This document shows positions 48,101 to 56,409 of a stretch of DNA of 64,000 bases, one piece after another. The position numbers and the translations under genes were made by a program. The notes beneath the pieces are model-generated. The model had not been told where the DNA came from and made no database searches. It saw only the letters and a list, made by a program, of their open reading frames with translations. This DNA comes from Candidatus Nanohaloarchaea archaeon (GTDB lineage Archaea > Nanohalarchaeota > Nanosalinia > Nanosalinales > Nanosalinaceae), in NCBI GenBank assembly GCA_041640035.1, contig JBEQBC010000003.1, positions 32,001 to 96,000 of the forward strand, written 5' to 3'. Each line of letters begins with the position of its first letter. The stretch's first letter is position 1.

Positions 48101-48455
48101 ACGGTTCATTGAGTACGAGGTTTCAAACAATAATGTTGGGGATAAACAGTTGGAGACCCGGCTTTCCGGTGTCGACGCAACATTTTCCCAGTATTCCGGT
48201 GATACACATACTTACACGTTGAACGGTGGTACCACCGAGACATTTAGAATCGGTATTGAAGAAGATCAGATCGGTGAGCATGAACTTAGTGTTACTACTG
48301 AGGATTTAGAATTAGGTGTTGAGAACACTGATACTATTCCTGTGCTTGTTAGAGAGTATCCTGCGTCCGGTGTAGAAAGGGTTCCTGGATTGATGTGGGT
48401 CCAGGTACTGTTCCTTGTAGCCGGAGCTACAGTTCTTTATTCTGCTTTACTCTGA
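45129..48455 (+). CDS. Cell-surface protein: DUF2341-like domain, ALK/LTK-type glycine-rich domain, Ig/FN3-like repeats, VPG+TM anchor
   Basis: GKMREDCADLR...LYYGN (DUF2341-like), FGTCGSTG.SGPSQSQC...GIQEWTVP..GVYRI.AAGAEGG, C-terminus paralogous to 40604..43126. Confidence 0.85.
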   Translation: MRLKLSVYTLIFLALLSAAVSHPSGDTGSNGYTVSDDAIESSVDFTDLEQEWKYTQEINMQQNWDGNLAWEGTHKVFSVQVNTKKLIEEGKMREDCADLRMSWNEKIVPSRVQAGDCGSEDTWVYFSNAREDREMLFDPQKEVESIKLYYGNSDPGRRHESVSPSNDNQATYVHPEGPIEMYYGTHQTTTYVNDDTDMTNEGVSGGEGYQTWEVDFQSSSYGDQPPDFISISDNDGNRATVDSPGDSYTINGNDYNWIDEGEPISVYFEVWDVESSTVTNDWPVTNRAPNQPSNPDPAETTGTSPVYSTSPMLNIDVSDPDSSDDLNVDFFSGISETWNFGTCGSTGSSGPSQSQCDSSYSGTTLDGQVNIVNPGIQEWTVPRDGVYRIRAAGAEGGLGDGAVMQGKFNLNQGQTIQILVGQQGSNDGGSGGSFVATGGSHTSANPLVVAGGGAGGDQSYQSYTDGSDSTPGEDSQNSGGGNNGYGGGAGDGGGGGGFYGDGADGTAGPGGFAFRNGGSGATNGNTAGGFGGGGATEDGGDEAGGAGGYSGGAGADDGSNNGENEIAAGGGSFIDSSANSAATHTGSFGDSSTNDNGYSGTVDDLGGMNTGQGYVTIEAEGRQLGEDNNVGNGNTAQFEWSGLTEGQTYEWSARACDPSGLCTTSPSYSFDVSEGPRQPDNPDPADGDTVYAPSGDVSLSARYRHTGGTSGEPGTLTFYNQDGSQIGSCQADHNERCSVNKNVNNGQRYDWYVVAEYNGQTATSSDWYFRTNTPPDQPNNPSPTDGASSVDYNSVTLTADVNDADGDDMDVTFSGSSPSDSFSETTTVSGSGEAQVTVNNLAEGESYDWTAEAEDVYGATTTSDTWIFTTNYLPTIDNPEPQDGAYLSSDETELNIDVSDFDGDMTNVRIYDESGAQIGSGSTSDGSEVTVDADYTGLSYGNTYDWTVEAEDAYGTNSRTFSFSVIGGASFRTTSGIDYEYSSVVKSGGQTRFIEYEVSNNNVGDKQLETRLSGVDATFSQYSGDTHTYTLNGGTTETFRIGIEEDQIGEHELSVTTEDLELGVENTDTIPVLVREYPASGVERVPGLMWVQVLFLVAGATVLYSALL

Positions 48456-48618
48456 CAATATATCCAGCGACTCGGTTACGCAGTCTCTTGGAATTGAACT
48501 CTTCTGTCTCCTTGAGTTCCTCTTTGTTCTCGTCGAAGTCCTCGGAGAACTTTTCTTCATCTGCGTTTACAAGGTCGCGTGCAAGTCTTTTGACATAGGT
48601 CTGTCTTACTCTTCCCAT
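48427..48618 (-). CDS. rps17e: 30S ribosomal protein S17e
   Basis: MGRVRQTYVKR...F..DF..NK...SKRLRNRVAGY. Confidence 0.96.
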   Translation of the reverse strand: MGRVRQTYVKRLARDLVNADEEKFSEDFDENKEELKETEEFNSKRLRNRVAGYIVRVKQNKEL

Positions 48619-48699
48619 GGTATCTGTTAAAATCGGTATAAAGTTTATTAAACCCTGCCGCTTCACAACGCTGAAACCGCCCAGTTTACATCTCTCAGT

Positions 48700-49656
48700 T
48701 CACTGAAGATAGCCCAGATCTCTGAGTATCTGCTCTTGATCAGAATTAGTCTCCTCAACACTTCTATCAGGGTCATAGGTTTCAAGGTCTTCTGCACTGG
48801 TTTCAATCCAGGGTACTTCTCGGAGTGCATCGACCGCTATCTTTCTTTCATGGCCGTGAACACCCATCTCTTCCCTGTTGAGTCTTCCGAGCGCGTTTCC
48901 GTGGTCGGCTGTGATAACGGTTTTCTCCGCGTCTATATTGTCCAGTAGAATTTCGACCTCATCCATCACGGTTCTCAAGTTATCTCTGTAGAGCGGCCAG
49001 ACCTCATCTCTCGTAGTTTCGCCCAGCAGTATCTCATCCCATGGGTCTCTTCCCGGGTTCTCACCCCATGTTTCAGGATTGACATCTGTACCTAGCTCAG
49101 GTTTATCCAGAAAAGGATAATGTGGCTGCATATAATGCACTACCAGTCTGTCCTCATTCATCTGCCGTGAGAGGTCTATGGCCGCATCGGTGATCGGCCG
49201 TGGCATGATAGCTCCTTTCTCGCTGTCGTGAGCGTATCTCCAGGCTTCCTCCATGTGAAGAAAATCTTCGCCTTCAAGGTAGTCCTCCGAAAACCCGTTT
49301 CCGGTAACCATCAAAGTGTCTTGTTTTTCATCGCTGAATTCGTCGGAGAAATTTCTTCTCATCCATTCATCTGAAGCACCAGCCCAGGAATAGAAGGTAT
49401 CGAAGTCCTCATCCACAAAATCATATTCCTCTACAACCTCTTGCATGAGGTCAGGTCGACATGCATCAAGAACAATCATCGCATCCCAGTCCTGATCGTA
49501 TACAGGTTCTCCCTGATGGGTTTTACCTGTCAACTGGTGGAGCCCCTTCAGTGCGGAAGAGTAGCCGAAGTAGGATGCGCGGATTGCTGTATCTCTCAGT
49601 CCGTCTTCCTGAAGGCTTTCTATACCTGCCTCTAGAACTTTTCCAGTATAACTCAC
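48700..49656 (-). CDS. Alkaline phosphatase/sulfatase superfamily protein
   Basis: IVLDACRPD, HYMQPHYPF, ITADHG, HGH. Likely GTG start. Confidence 0.8.
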   Translation of the reverse strand: MSYTGKVLEAGIESLQEDGLRDTAIRASYFGYSSALKGLHQLTGKTHQGEPVYDQDWDAMIVLDACRPDLMQEVVEEYDFVDEDFDTFYSWAGASDEWMRRNFSDEFSDEKQDTLMVTGNGFSEDYLEGEDFLHMEEAWRYAHDSEKGAIMPRPITDAAIDLSRQMNEDRLVVHYMQPHYPFLDKPELGTDVNPETWGENPGRDPWDEILLGETTRDEVWPLYRDNLRTVMDEVEILLDNIDAEKTVITADHGNALGRLNREEMGVHGHERKIAVDALREVPWIETSAEDLETYDPDRSVEETNSDQEQILRDLGYLQ

Positions 49657-49741
49657 AGTGTTGTTACCCCTGTAAAATAATTTAACGGTTTGCTGTAGAG
49701 CCATCATGACTCATATAACCTTCGTACACCAGTCAGTTATT

Positions 49742-50461
49742 ATGACTGACCTACTTTACTATCCGGGAAACGAGTACGAGAAAGAGTTCAAAGCTGAAGT
49801 AACGAAGACGAAAGAGGCTGACGGATATGTATGCCTGGATCAAACCTTGTTCTACAAGGAAGGTGGTGGACAGCCCGCGGATCACGGAAGAATTTCCTGG
49901 GATGGCGGAAAAGCACAGGTAACAGATGTACAGAAAGAACACGGCGAAATAAGACATTATATCGAAGGAGATATCCCAGAACCTGATACTGAAGTACACG
50001 GCAGAATCGATTGGGATCGCAGATACAAACACATGAGAATGCATACCGCCCAGCACATCCTGTCATGGGTCGTACTCAACATGTACGATGCATCCACAGC
50101 AGGAAACCAAATACACGAAGATTACAGTCGTATCGATTTCGAACCAGCTGACTTCACAGATGAAGAGGTCGAGAAGATTGAGAAAGCAGCTAACGCACTT
50201 ATCGAGAAAGAGCTAGAAGTTGAGAAGAAGGAGATGGATCGGGAACTTGTAGAGGAAAGAGTTCAGGAAGGAAGAACCAATCTGGATATCATCCCTGACA
50301 ACATAGACCCTCTGAGAGTGGTCATCATCGGCTCAGAAGACCTGTGTCCTTGCGGCGGTACACATGTTGATAACTTGAAGGAGATAGGAAAGATCAGGAT
50401 CAAGAACAGAAAGAGTAAAGGCTCAGATGTAGAAAGATTAGAGTTCGAACTTGAAGATTAA
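49742..50461 (+). CDS. alaX: AlaX alanyl-tRNA editing protein (AlaX-M type)
   Basis: FYKEGGGQPAD, MRMHTAQH, CPCGGTHV. Confidence 0.93.
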   Translation: MTDLLYYPGNEYEKEFKAEVTKTKEADGYVCLDQTLFYKEGGGQPADHGRISWDGGKAQVTDVQKEHGEIRHYIEGDIPEPDTEVHGRIDWDRRYKHMRMHTAQHILSWVVLNMYDASTAGNQIHEDYSRIDFEPADFTDEEVEKIEKAANALIEKELEVEKKEMDRELVEERVQEGRTNLDIIPDNIDPLRVVIIGSEDLCPCGGTHVDNLKEIGKIRIKNRKSKGSDVERLEFELED

Positions 50462-50469
50462 AGATTTTT

Positions 50470-51195
50470 TTAATCTATTTTTTCTTCTATAAAACTGTTT
50501 CTATACCATTCTTCGACAAGAGCTGAAGTATTGGGCTTTTCTCCGTATGCTTCAGGCCAGTCCCAGTAACGAAAACCGTTACTATTGAATTCTACCTGTT
50601 CAAAGACCTGATCTACAGGTAGTACCAGTTCTCCTACCAAAGCTGATTCAACAGGCTCCATTTCTGTTCCTTCGTTCACATTTTCTACTGGTACGGGCAG
50701 TTTCTGTCTTTCATCGTCCGTGAACGAGCTTCTCGGGTAATGTACAACTGTGTGAAGCAGTGCGTCCTGTTCTGCCAGTTTTTTCATCGATTCCTCTCTC
50801 ATGTAGATTCCTCCCGGCCTTGAATACCATCTTCCTTTTCCATCTTCGCCTTGACTGGCGAGAATTGCTGCTCCTTTGGCCTGGACGGGTACATCCTCGA
50901 ATACTCCGTCTGTTACTACAAGGTCTACTTCTCCGTCGTTCACTCTTTCCATGTGGTAGGTGTCTTCAAGGTAGTCTTCCACCATGTTTCCTATATCGTC
51001 GGTATATCTTCCGAGATGTGGTCTTCCCCAGCTTTCTCTCTTGTCCTCAGGTCTCTGATCCAGAGGATCTACCGCTTCTTCAGCACGACTGTTCATGGAG
51101 AAATGTGGGTGGTAAGGTCTTTTCTCGCCTCCAAGCGCTTCATAAACGGACCAAATAGTTTCTATATCCGAAGAAGTTTCTTCTAATTGCTCCAT
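50470..51195 (-). CDS. Putative PD-(D/E)xK-fold nuclease-like protein
   Basis: GNMVE...VD(x11)QAK pattern, paralog of the adjacent gene. Confidence 0.5.
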   Translation of the reverse strand: MEQLEETSSDIETIWSVYEALGGEKRPYHPHFSMNSRAEEAVDPLDQRPEDKRESWGRPHLGRYTDDIGNMVEDYLEDTYHMERVNDGEVDLVVTDGVFEDVPVQAKGAAILASQGEDGKGRWYSRPGGIYMREESMKKLAEQDALLHTVVHYPRSSFTDDERQKLPVPVENVNEGTEMEPVESALVGELVLPVDQVFEQVEFNSNGFRYWDWPEAYGEKPNTSALVEEWYRNSFIEEKID

Positions 51196-51199
51196 ATGT

Positions 51200-51958
51200 C
51201 TAGTACCTCGTTAGGTCATGGCTTGGATCGTATCCTTGTTCTTCCATGCTCCGTCTTCTCAGCAGCTGGTATACAGGGCTTTCCCATGGCTGGTCGCCAA
51301 ATACTTCGTCCCAGCCAAGTTCGTATAAATCGTTTTTGTACCATGCTGAGTCCGGATCTTCCGGAGGTGAAGAAAGATCTGCGTCTATACTTTCCTCCAG
51401 AACCTGTTTAGGTACCAACATCTTGCCATGAAGCTCCAAGAACATCTCGTTGACCCGTCCATCTTCATCTTCCTCCAGATGCAGAGTATCGAAACCATTC
51501 TCCTGAGGCTGGTGAGCGGGATTGTATATGTTGAAGTCGATTAATGATCTTTCCGGTAAGTCATCGTAGTTGTCATGTCTTAATTTGAATGCGCCTTTCC
51601 TGTAGTCCGGGTTTCCATCCTTGTCTGTTCCTCTCTTAGTATAAAGTGCTGCAGATTTGACCTGTACAGGCCAGCCTTCCGCACGGTCGCTGAACCCTAT
51701 CCTGATATCTACAGCGCCGTTGTCTTCCAGTTGAGCTCCGTAGTCGTTTGCTGCGTATCTTTCAAATATGTTTCCGATCTTTTTCACGCCGTCTCGGTTG
51801 ATGTGCGCTCGGTCCGTTGATTCCTCTCCGGATACCTGTGCAGCTTGGACGGGATGCCAGTGTAGTATGTCGCTTCCGGCTAGTTCTGCGAAGTCGGATG
51901 GTTCCTCAACTTTGTCGCCGTTCAAGAATTTAGTTACTGCGTCTCCCCATTCCCCCAT
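51200..51958 (-). CDS. Putative PD-(D/E)xK-fold nuclease-like protein
   Basis: GNIFE...VD(x14)QVK pattern. Confidence 0.5.
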   Translation of the reverse strand: MGEWGDAVTKFLNGDKVEEPSDFAELAGSDILHWHPVQAAQVSGEESTDRAHINRDGVKKIGNIFERYAANDYGAQLEDNGAVDIRIGFSDRAEGWPVQVKSAALYTKRGTDKDGNPDYRKGAFKLRHDNYDDLPERSLIDFNIYNPAHQPQENGFDTLHLEEDEDGRVNEMFLELHGKMLVPKQVLEESIDADLSSPPEDPDSAWYKNDLYELGWDEVFGDQPWESPVYQLLRRRSMEEQGYDPSHDLTRY

Positions 51959-51996
51959 ACAGGTGTAGTAGAATGTAAAGTTAAATTTGGTTCGAC

Positions 51997-52437
51997 TCAG
52001 CGAATTTCGCTTAGGTCTCTATTTTCCAGGTACTTTTCAAGCCGTTGAACTGAGGGTATACTGTAAGCTGAGTGGTAATGGAATTCCTGTTCGCCATATT
52101 CCTTTGGCTTCACCCATTTGATCCTGTCGTGTTCATGTGATGCTGGTTTGGCATCCGAATCTTCTGTCTCGGTGTAAACTATGTACGCGTTGGCACATCC
52201 GTTCTCATCTTCAATCTCTACTCTTGCCAGATCCACAAATTTGTCTGCATCAAGACTTGTTTCTTCTCTCAGTTCTCTTGAGGCAGCTTCAAAGCGGTCT
52301 TCGTCTTCTTCTATTTTTCCTCCTGGAAGCTCCCATTTCTGCATCTCTTCTTTCCTGCATAGCAGTACTTTTCCACCGTTTCTTCTTGCTACTACACGGA
52401 CTACCGGTGTTCTGTCATCGCTGTAATCCAGTTTCAT
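51997..52437 (-). CDS. Nudix hydrolase
   Basis: WELPGGKIEEDEDRFEAASRELREETSL Nudix box. Confidence 0.92.
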   Translation of the reverse strand: MKLDYSDDRTPVVRVVARRNGGKVLLCRKEEMQKWELPGGKIEEDEDRFEAASRELREETSLDADKFVDLARVEIEDENGCANAYIVYTETEDSDAKPASHEHDRIKWVKPKEYGEQEFHYHSAYSIPSVQRLEKYLENRDLSEIR

Positions 52438-52449
52438 ATCTGTATCATC

Positions 52450-52899
52450 TCAGTATATTTTGTCTTTGTCAAGGTATTCCTCTAGATACATCATAGGTAC
52501 GATATCGTAGCCTGCATCGCTGTGCCAGTCCATCTCTAAGAATTCTTCCGGACTAACCCATTTGAACTCGCTGTGATGACCTTTCTCGCCTATCTCCGGT
52601 TCTCCTTCAAAGTCCTTGAAATGTACTATATAGCACGATACCAGGTGGTCGGATTCGACCTCTATCCGGACTACATCCTCGGAATTGGAGGGTTCGATTT
52701 TTATTTCTTCTTTAACCTCTCTTCTGGCTGCTTCGAACCGGTCTTCGTCTACTTTTACTCTTCCTCCGGGTAGTTCCCATTTTCCGGCTGTTTCCTTTTC
52801 TCTGTCTTCTGCTTCTCTGACTACTAGGAACTCTCCTTTCTGGTTCTGTACCAGTGCTTTGCTTACTACTATTTTTTGTCCGGAGATGTCCTCGGTCAT
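52450..52899 (-). CDS. Nudix hydrolase
   Basis: WELPGGRVKVDEDRFEAARREVKEEIKI Nudix box. Confidence 0.92.
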   Translation of the reverse strand: MTEDISGQKIVVSKALVQNQKGEFLVVREAEDREKETAGKWELPGGRVKVDEDRFEAARREVKEEIKIEPSNSEDVVRIEVESDHLVSCYIVHFKDFEGEPEIGEKGHHSEFKWVSPEEFLEMDWHSDAGYDIVPMMYLEEYLDKDKIY

Positions 52900-52957
52900 C
52901 TGTAAGCTGTGGTTGGGGTAACTACACTTTTAGATTTTGACTTCGCTGGTCATTATT

Positions 52958-53314
52958 ATGTCTGAAGCTATCGAAAGAGACGAGGATCTTGATGACTGGG
53001 AGAGTGTCCGTGATTCACTCAATGAAGTTGATACAGATTATGTGATGGATCAGCTCGATGTAATGGGCAAAGCTGAACTTACCTATTCGGATGGTAAAAC
53101 CTCTGAATGGAATGAAGATATCGCTGAAAAATATCAACAGCTGGTGAAAGGCTTTGGGGGAGAGGAACAGGTCTCACAGTACCTTGAGATAGGAGGAAAA
53201 GGAGTAGCTGTTGCCGTGGAGTACGATGATGAACCGATTTTCACGGTTAAGGCTCTTGAACCTCATTATATGAACTTGGAGGGGCCTGATACGGATTTGG
53301 ATACCGCTCTCTGA
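52958..53314 (+). CDS. Hypothetical acidic protein
   Basis: Acidic composition, T-tract after the stop. Confidence 0.65.
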   Translation: MSEAIERDEDLDDWESVRDSLNEVDTDYVMDQLDVMGKAELTYSDGKTSEWNEDIAEKYQQLVKGFGGEEQVSQYLEIGGKGVAVAVEYDDEPIFTVKALEPHYMNLEGPDTDLDTAL

Positions 53315-53318
53315 TTTT

Positions 53319-54251
53319 TTAATTTAGCTCAAATTCGATACCAGTTAACTCTTCGCTTACAGCCCAGAGCTTCTCAGCAGTTTCCTCATCGTAGGATCTT
53401 TCGGAGCTTTCCTGCTTTACAGGGTAGCCACGCATGTTCTTGAAACCGCCGGGACCTATATAATCTCCGCTTTTAGCTTTCTGACTTGTAGCTGCGTAGA
53501 TCATAGGTAGTGCTCCTTTTTCCGCGCTTTGGGCCAGTGCCTTGTTCATCGCTTTCATGAAGTATTTCTTAACGGTGGAACCTTCTTTCTCCGGTCCGCG
53601 TGTCTGGAGGTTGGTTGCGGCATATCCGGGGTGAACAGAAATTGATTTCATCTCCAGACCTTCTTCCTTGATCTTTCTGTCCAGTTCGTAGGTGAAAAGT
53701 ATGTTTGCCAGTTTGGAGTCAGCGTAGACCTGCATAGGTTCGTAGCTTTCCTCATGCATCAGGTCATCGAAGTCTATTTCTCCCCTGGTATGAACTCCTG
53801 AGCTCTGATTCACAATCCGCGGTTCATCAGAGTCTTTCAGTACAGGTATCAATAGAGATGTGAGTGCGAAGTGGCCGAGATGGTTTACGCCTAACTGTTT
53901 CTCGAATCCATCTTCTGTCTCCTCCCGTGGAATAGCCATAACTCCTGCGTTGTTGCACAGGATATCTAGCTTCTGATTATTGGCTTTGAATTCCTCGGCG
54001 AAATCTCTGACTGATTCAAGACTGGCAAGATCCAGCTTCTTGACCTCCAGATCTGGGTCTTCTAACTCTTTCTCTATATCTTCTTTGGCCTCTTTTCCGC
54101 GTTCAATGCTTCTGCAAGCCATCACAACCTCTGCATTTTTCTCAGCAAGTAGTTTGGTGCCTTCGAATCCTATCCCGGAGTTGGCTCCGGTGACTATAGT
54201 GGTTTTTCCTTCTAGATCTGGTATATCTTCAGCTGTCCATTTAGAACTCAT
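53319..54251 (-). CDS. Short-chain dehydrogenase/reductase (retinol-DH/WWOX-like)
   Basis: TGANSGIG, NNAG, VNHLGHF, YADSK. Confidence 0.93.
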   Translation of the reverse strand: MSSKWTAEDIPDLEGKTTIVTGANSGIGFEGTKLLAEKNAEVVMACRSIERGKEAKEDIEKELEDPDLEVKKLDLASLESVRDFAEEFKANNQKLDILCNNAGVMAIPREETEDGFEKQLGVNHLGHFALTSLLIPVLKDSDEPRIVNQSSGVHTRGEIDFDDLMHEESYEPMQVYADSKLANILFTYELDRKIKEEGLEMKSISVHPGYAATNLQTRGPEKEGSTVKKYFMKAMNKALAQSAEKGALPMIYAATSQKAKSGDYIGPGGFKNMRGYPVKQESSERSYDEETAEKLWAVSEELTGIEFELN

Positions 54252-54269
54252 AGATAGAAAATGTAGGTT

Positions 54270-54527
54270 TTATTCTTGTAGATGTTTCGGTTCCAGTGCC
54301 TCGCCATTAAGGATGATTTCTGCATCTTCTTGCATCATAAGTGAGAACTCGTTCTGGAAAAGGCCTAGTAGCTGGCAGTTCTTCCACTCCAAGTCTTCTC
54401 TTTTCATCTCTTTCTCCAGCCTCTCTTCCGGATCTTCTGCCTCGGATACTTCTTCCATATCCAAGTCTGGCTTTATGAAAACTATGTCGTCGTCCCCACG
54501 GCTGAAATCTATCTGTTCTCTTTCCAT
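54270..54527 (-). CDS. Small hypothetical protein
   Basis: Acidic 85 aa, 7 nt downstream of ABCE1. Confidence 0.6.
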   Translation of the reverse strand: MEREQIDFSRGDDDIVFIKPDLDMEEVSEAEDPEERLEKEMKREDLEWKNCQLLGLFQNEFSLMMQEDAEIILNGEALEPKHLQE

Positions 54528-54534
54528 AGATCTA

Positions 54535-56325
54535 TCATTTCTCGTAGTATTCGCCTTTCTGGCGTTGTTCCCGGTCTTTCTGGCTGTCAGGTTTGTTGGC
54601 TCTTGGACGGCCTGTATCCGGGTCTTTCCTGAATGTGATATCCACTTCTTCCAGGAAGCTGTTCATGGCGTCGCCGATCTTTACCGGTTCTGCTGCTACG
54701 CCTTCTTCTCCTGGTTCTCCTTTGAAAACCATTCCCCGGTCTGCTATGTAGTCAAGAAGCAGCAGGTCGTGGTCGATTACCATCAATGGTTTTTCGGATT
54801 TACGGGCGAACCGTTTCAGCATTCTTCCAAGCTCTACTCGGGCCTCTACATCCAGGTATGCGGATGGTTCGTCCAGGAGGTAGACATCTGCGTCGCGTGA
54901 GAGACATATAGCGATTCCGACTCGCTGAAGTTCTCCTCCTGAAAGCTCTTTCAGATCCTGTTCATATAGTTCTTCCAGGTTTAACGGGTTCCCGATCCGG
55001 TTCTCGAATCTCTTGCTTTCCGGGTTCGCGTGTTCTGAGATAGCTTCTTTTACCGTTGCTTTGCTGGCTTCTAGGTACTGTGGTTTGTATGAGATTGAGA
55101 GGTCGCTGGATTCTCCTTCATCCGGTTCTATTCCGCCGGCTAGCATCTTGGCGAACACGGTTTTTCCAAGCCCGTTCTCTCCGAAGATTGCAAGTATCTC
55201 TTCCTCGTGAAGTTTTCCGGGCTTGGTTTCTAGGCTGAATTCGTCTTCTCCAAAGTCTTTCTTGAACCCTGGGAAGCTAAGTACTACCGGTTTGTTCTCT
55301 ACCTGGCTTCTCTTGGTGCGGTCGAACTTGATCTTGTTGCTTCTGAATCTTACATTGTCTGATGGCAGGTAGCCGTCCAGGTAGTTGTTGATTCCTTCTT
55401 TGGTGGACTGTGCGTCGGATACCATTCCGTAACTTCCTGGTTCTCCGTAGAAGATATGGATTCCATCCGCTATCAGATCAAGTGTTGCCAGATCGTGCTC
55501 TACAGCCATAGCTTTCTCTTCTTCACCCAGGCTTCTGATCTCTCCTCCAGCTTTCAAACGCTGTTTTACATCTAGAAAGGAGCTTGATTCGTCGAATACA
55601 TAGAAGTCCGCGTCCTTGAGTAGTGTTGCTGCGATAGATACGCGCTGGAGTTCTCCTCCGGAGAGATGTTCTATTTCTCTATCCAACAAGTGTTTGATGT
55701 CGAGTTTTTCTGCGGTTTCCTCCAGATTGTCTTTCTGGTCGGCCTGTTCCAGTAGTTCTTGTACTTTTCCTTCGTATTTTTCTGGTATTCTTTCGACCTG
55801 CTGCGGTTTGTATGCTTGATCGATTCCTTCGCTTTCAAGTTTCTGGAAATGGTTCTGGAGCCCGGTTCCTCGGTACTTCTTCAGTATTTCGTCCCATTCC
55901 GGCGGGTTCTGCCAGTCTCCTAGGTTGGGTTTGATGTCTCCTGCCAGTATTTTGAGTGATACTGATTTTCCGATTCCATTCTCTCCAATCAGTCCAACTA
56001 CGCGACCTTCTTCCGGTGCTGGTAGATCGTAAAGTCGGAAGCTGTTCTCACTGAACTGGTGTACTTTTTCTCCTTCTTCTGCAGGTAGCTGGATCATCTT
56101 GATGGCATCTTCGTACGGGTATTTGTTGATTGCCATCTTGTGCGCTTCCATTACATCTTCGTCATTGATGTGGAGTTCTTCCTCTTCGTTGATGTAGAAG
56201 CCTCCTTCTTTTCCTGCCCGGTTCAGGGGGTCGTAGTTGATCACTGTTTCCCTTGCCAGGTCTGGTTCGATCTTGTCCTGGTCGATCACCACGATGTACT
56301 TGTCGGAGTTTTTACCTGTTGCCAT
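54535..56325 (-). CDS. rli1: Ribosome recycling ATPase ABCE1/Rli1 lacking Fe-S cysteines
   Basis: Twin ABC domains (GENGIGKS, LSGGELQR x2, GENGLGKT), C-terminal ITFRKDP.TGRPRANK..SQKD. The N-terminal domain has no Cys. Confidence 0.95.
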   Translation of the reverse strand: MATGKNSDKYIVVIDQDKIEPDLARETVINYDPLNRAGKEGGFYINEEEELHINDEDVMEAHKMAINKYPYEDAIKMIQLPAEEGEKVHQFSENSFRLYDLPAPEEGRVVGLIGENGIGKSVSLKILAGDIKPNLGDWQNPPEWDEILKKYRGTGLQNHFQKLESEGIDQAYKPQQVERIPEKYEGKVQELLEQADQKDNLEETAEKLDIKHLLDREIEHLSGGELQRVSIAATLLKDADFYVFDESSSFLDVKQRLKAGGEIRSLGEEEKAMAVEHDLATLDLIADGIHIFYGEPGSYGMVSDAQSTKEGINNYLDGYLPSDNVRFRSNKIKFDRTKRSQVENKPVVLSFPGFKKDFGEDEFSLETKPGKLHEEEILAIFGENGLGKTVFAKMLAGGIEPDEGESSDLSISYKPQYLEASKATVKEAISEHANPESKRFENRIGNPLNLEELYEQDLKELSGGELQRVGIAICLSRDADVYLLDEPSAYLDVEARVELGRMLKRFARKSEKPLMVIDHDLLLLDYIADRGMVFKGEPGEEGVAAEPVKIGDAMNSFLEEVDITFRKDPDTGRPRANKPDSQKDREQRQKGEYYEK

Positions 56326-56409
56326 AATATCGTTACTGAGTGGGTTATCTACTTAATTCCTAGTTTGGAGTTGGTAGAAAAGTAGAATAAGAAAGAGGGA
56401 TAGAGAAAT

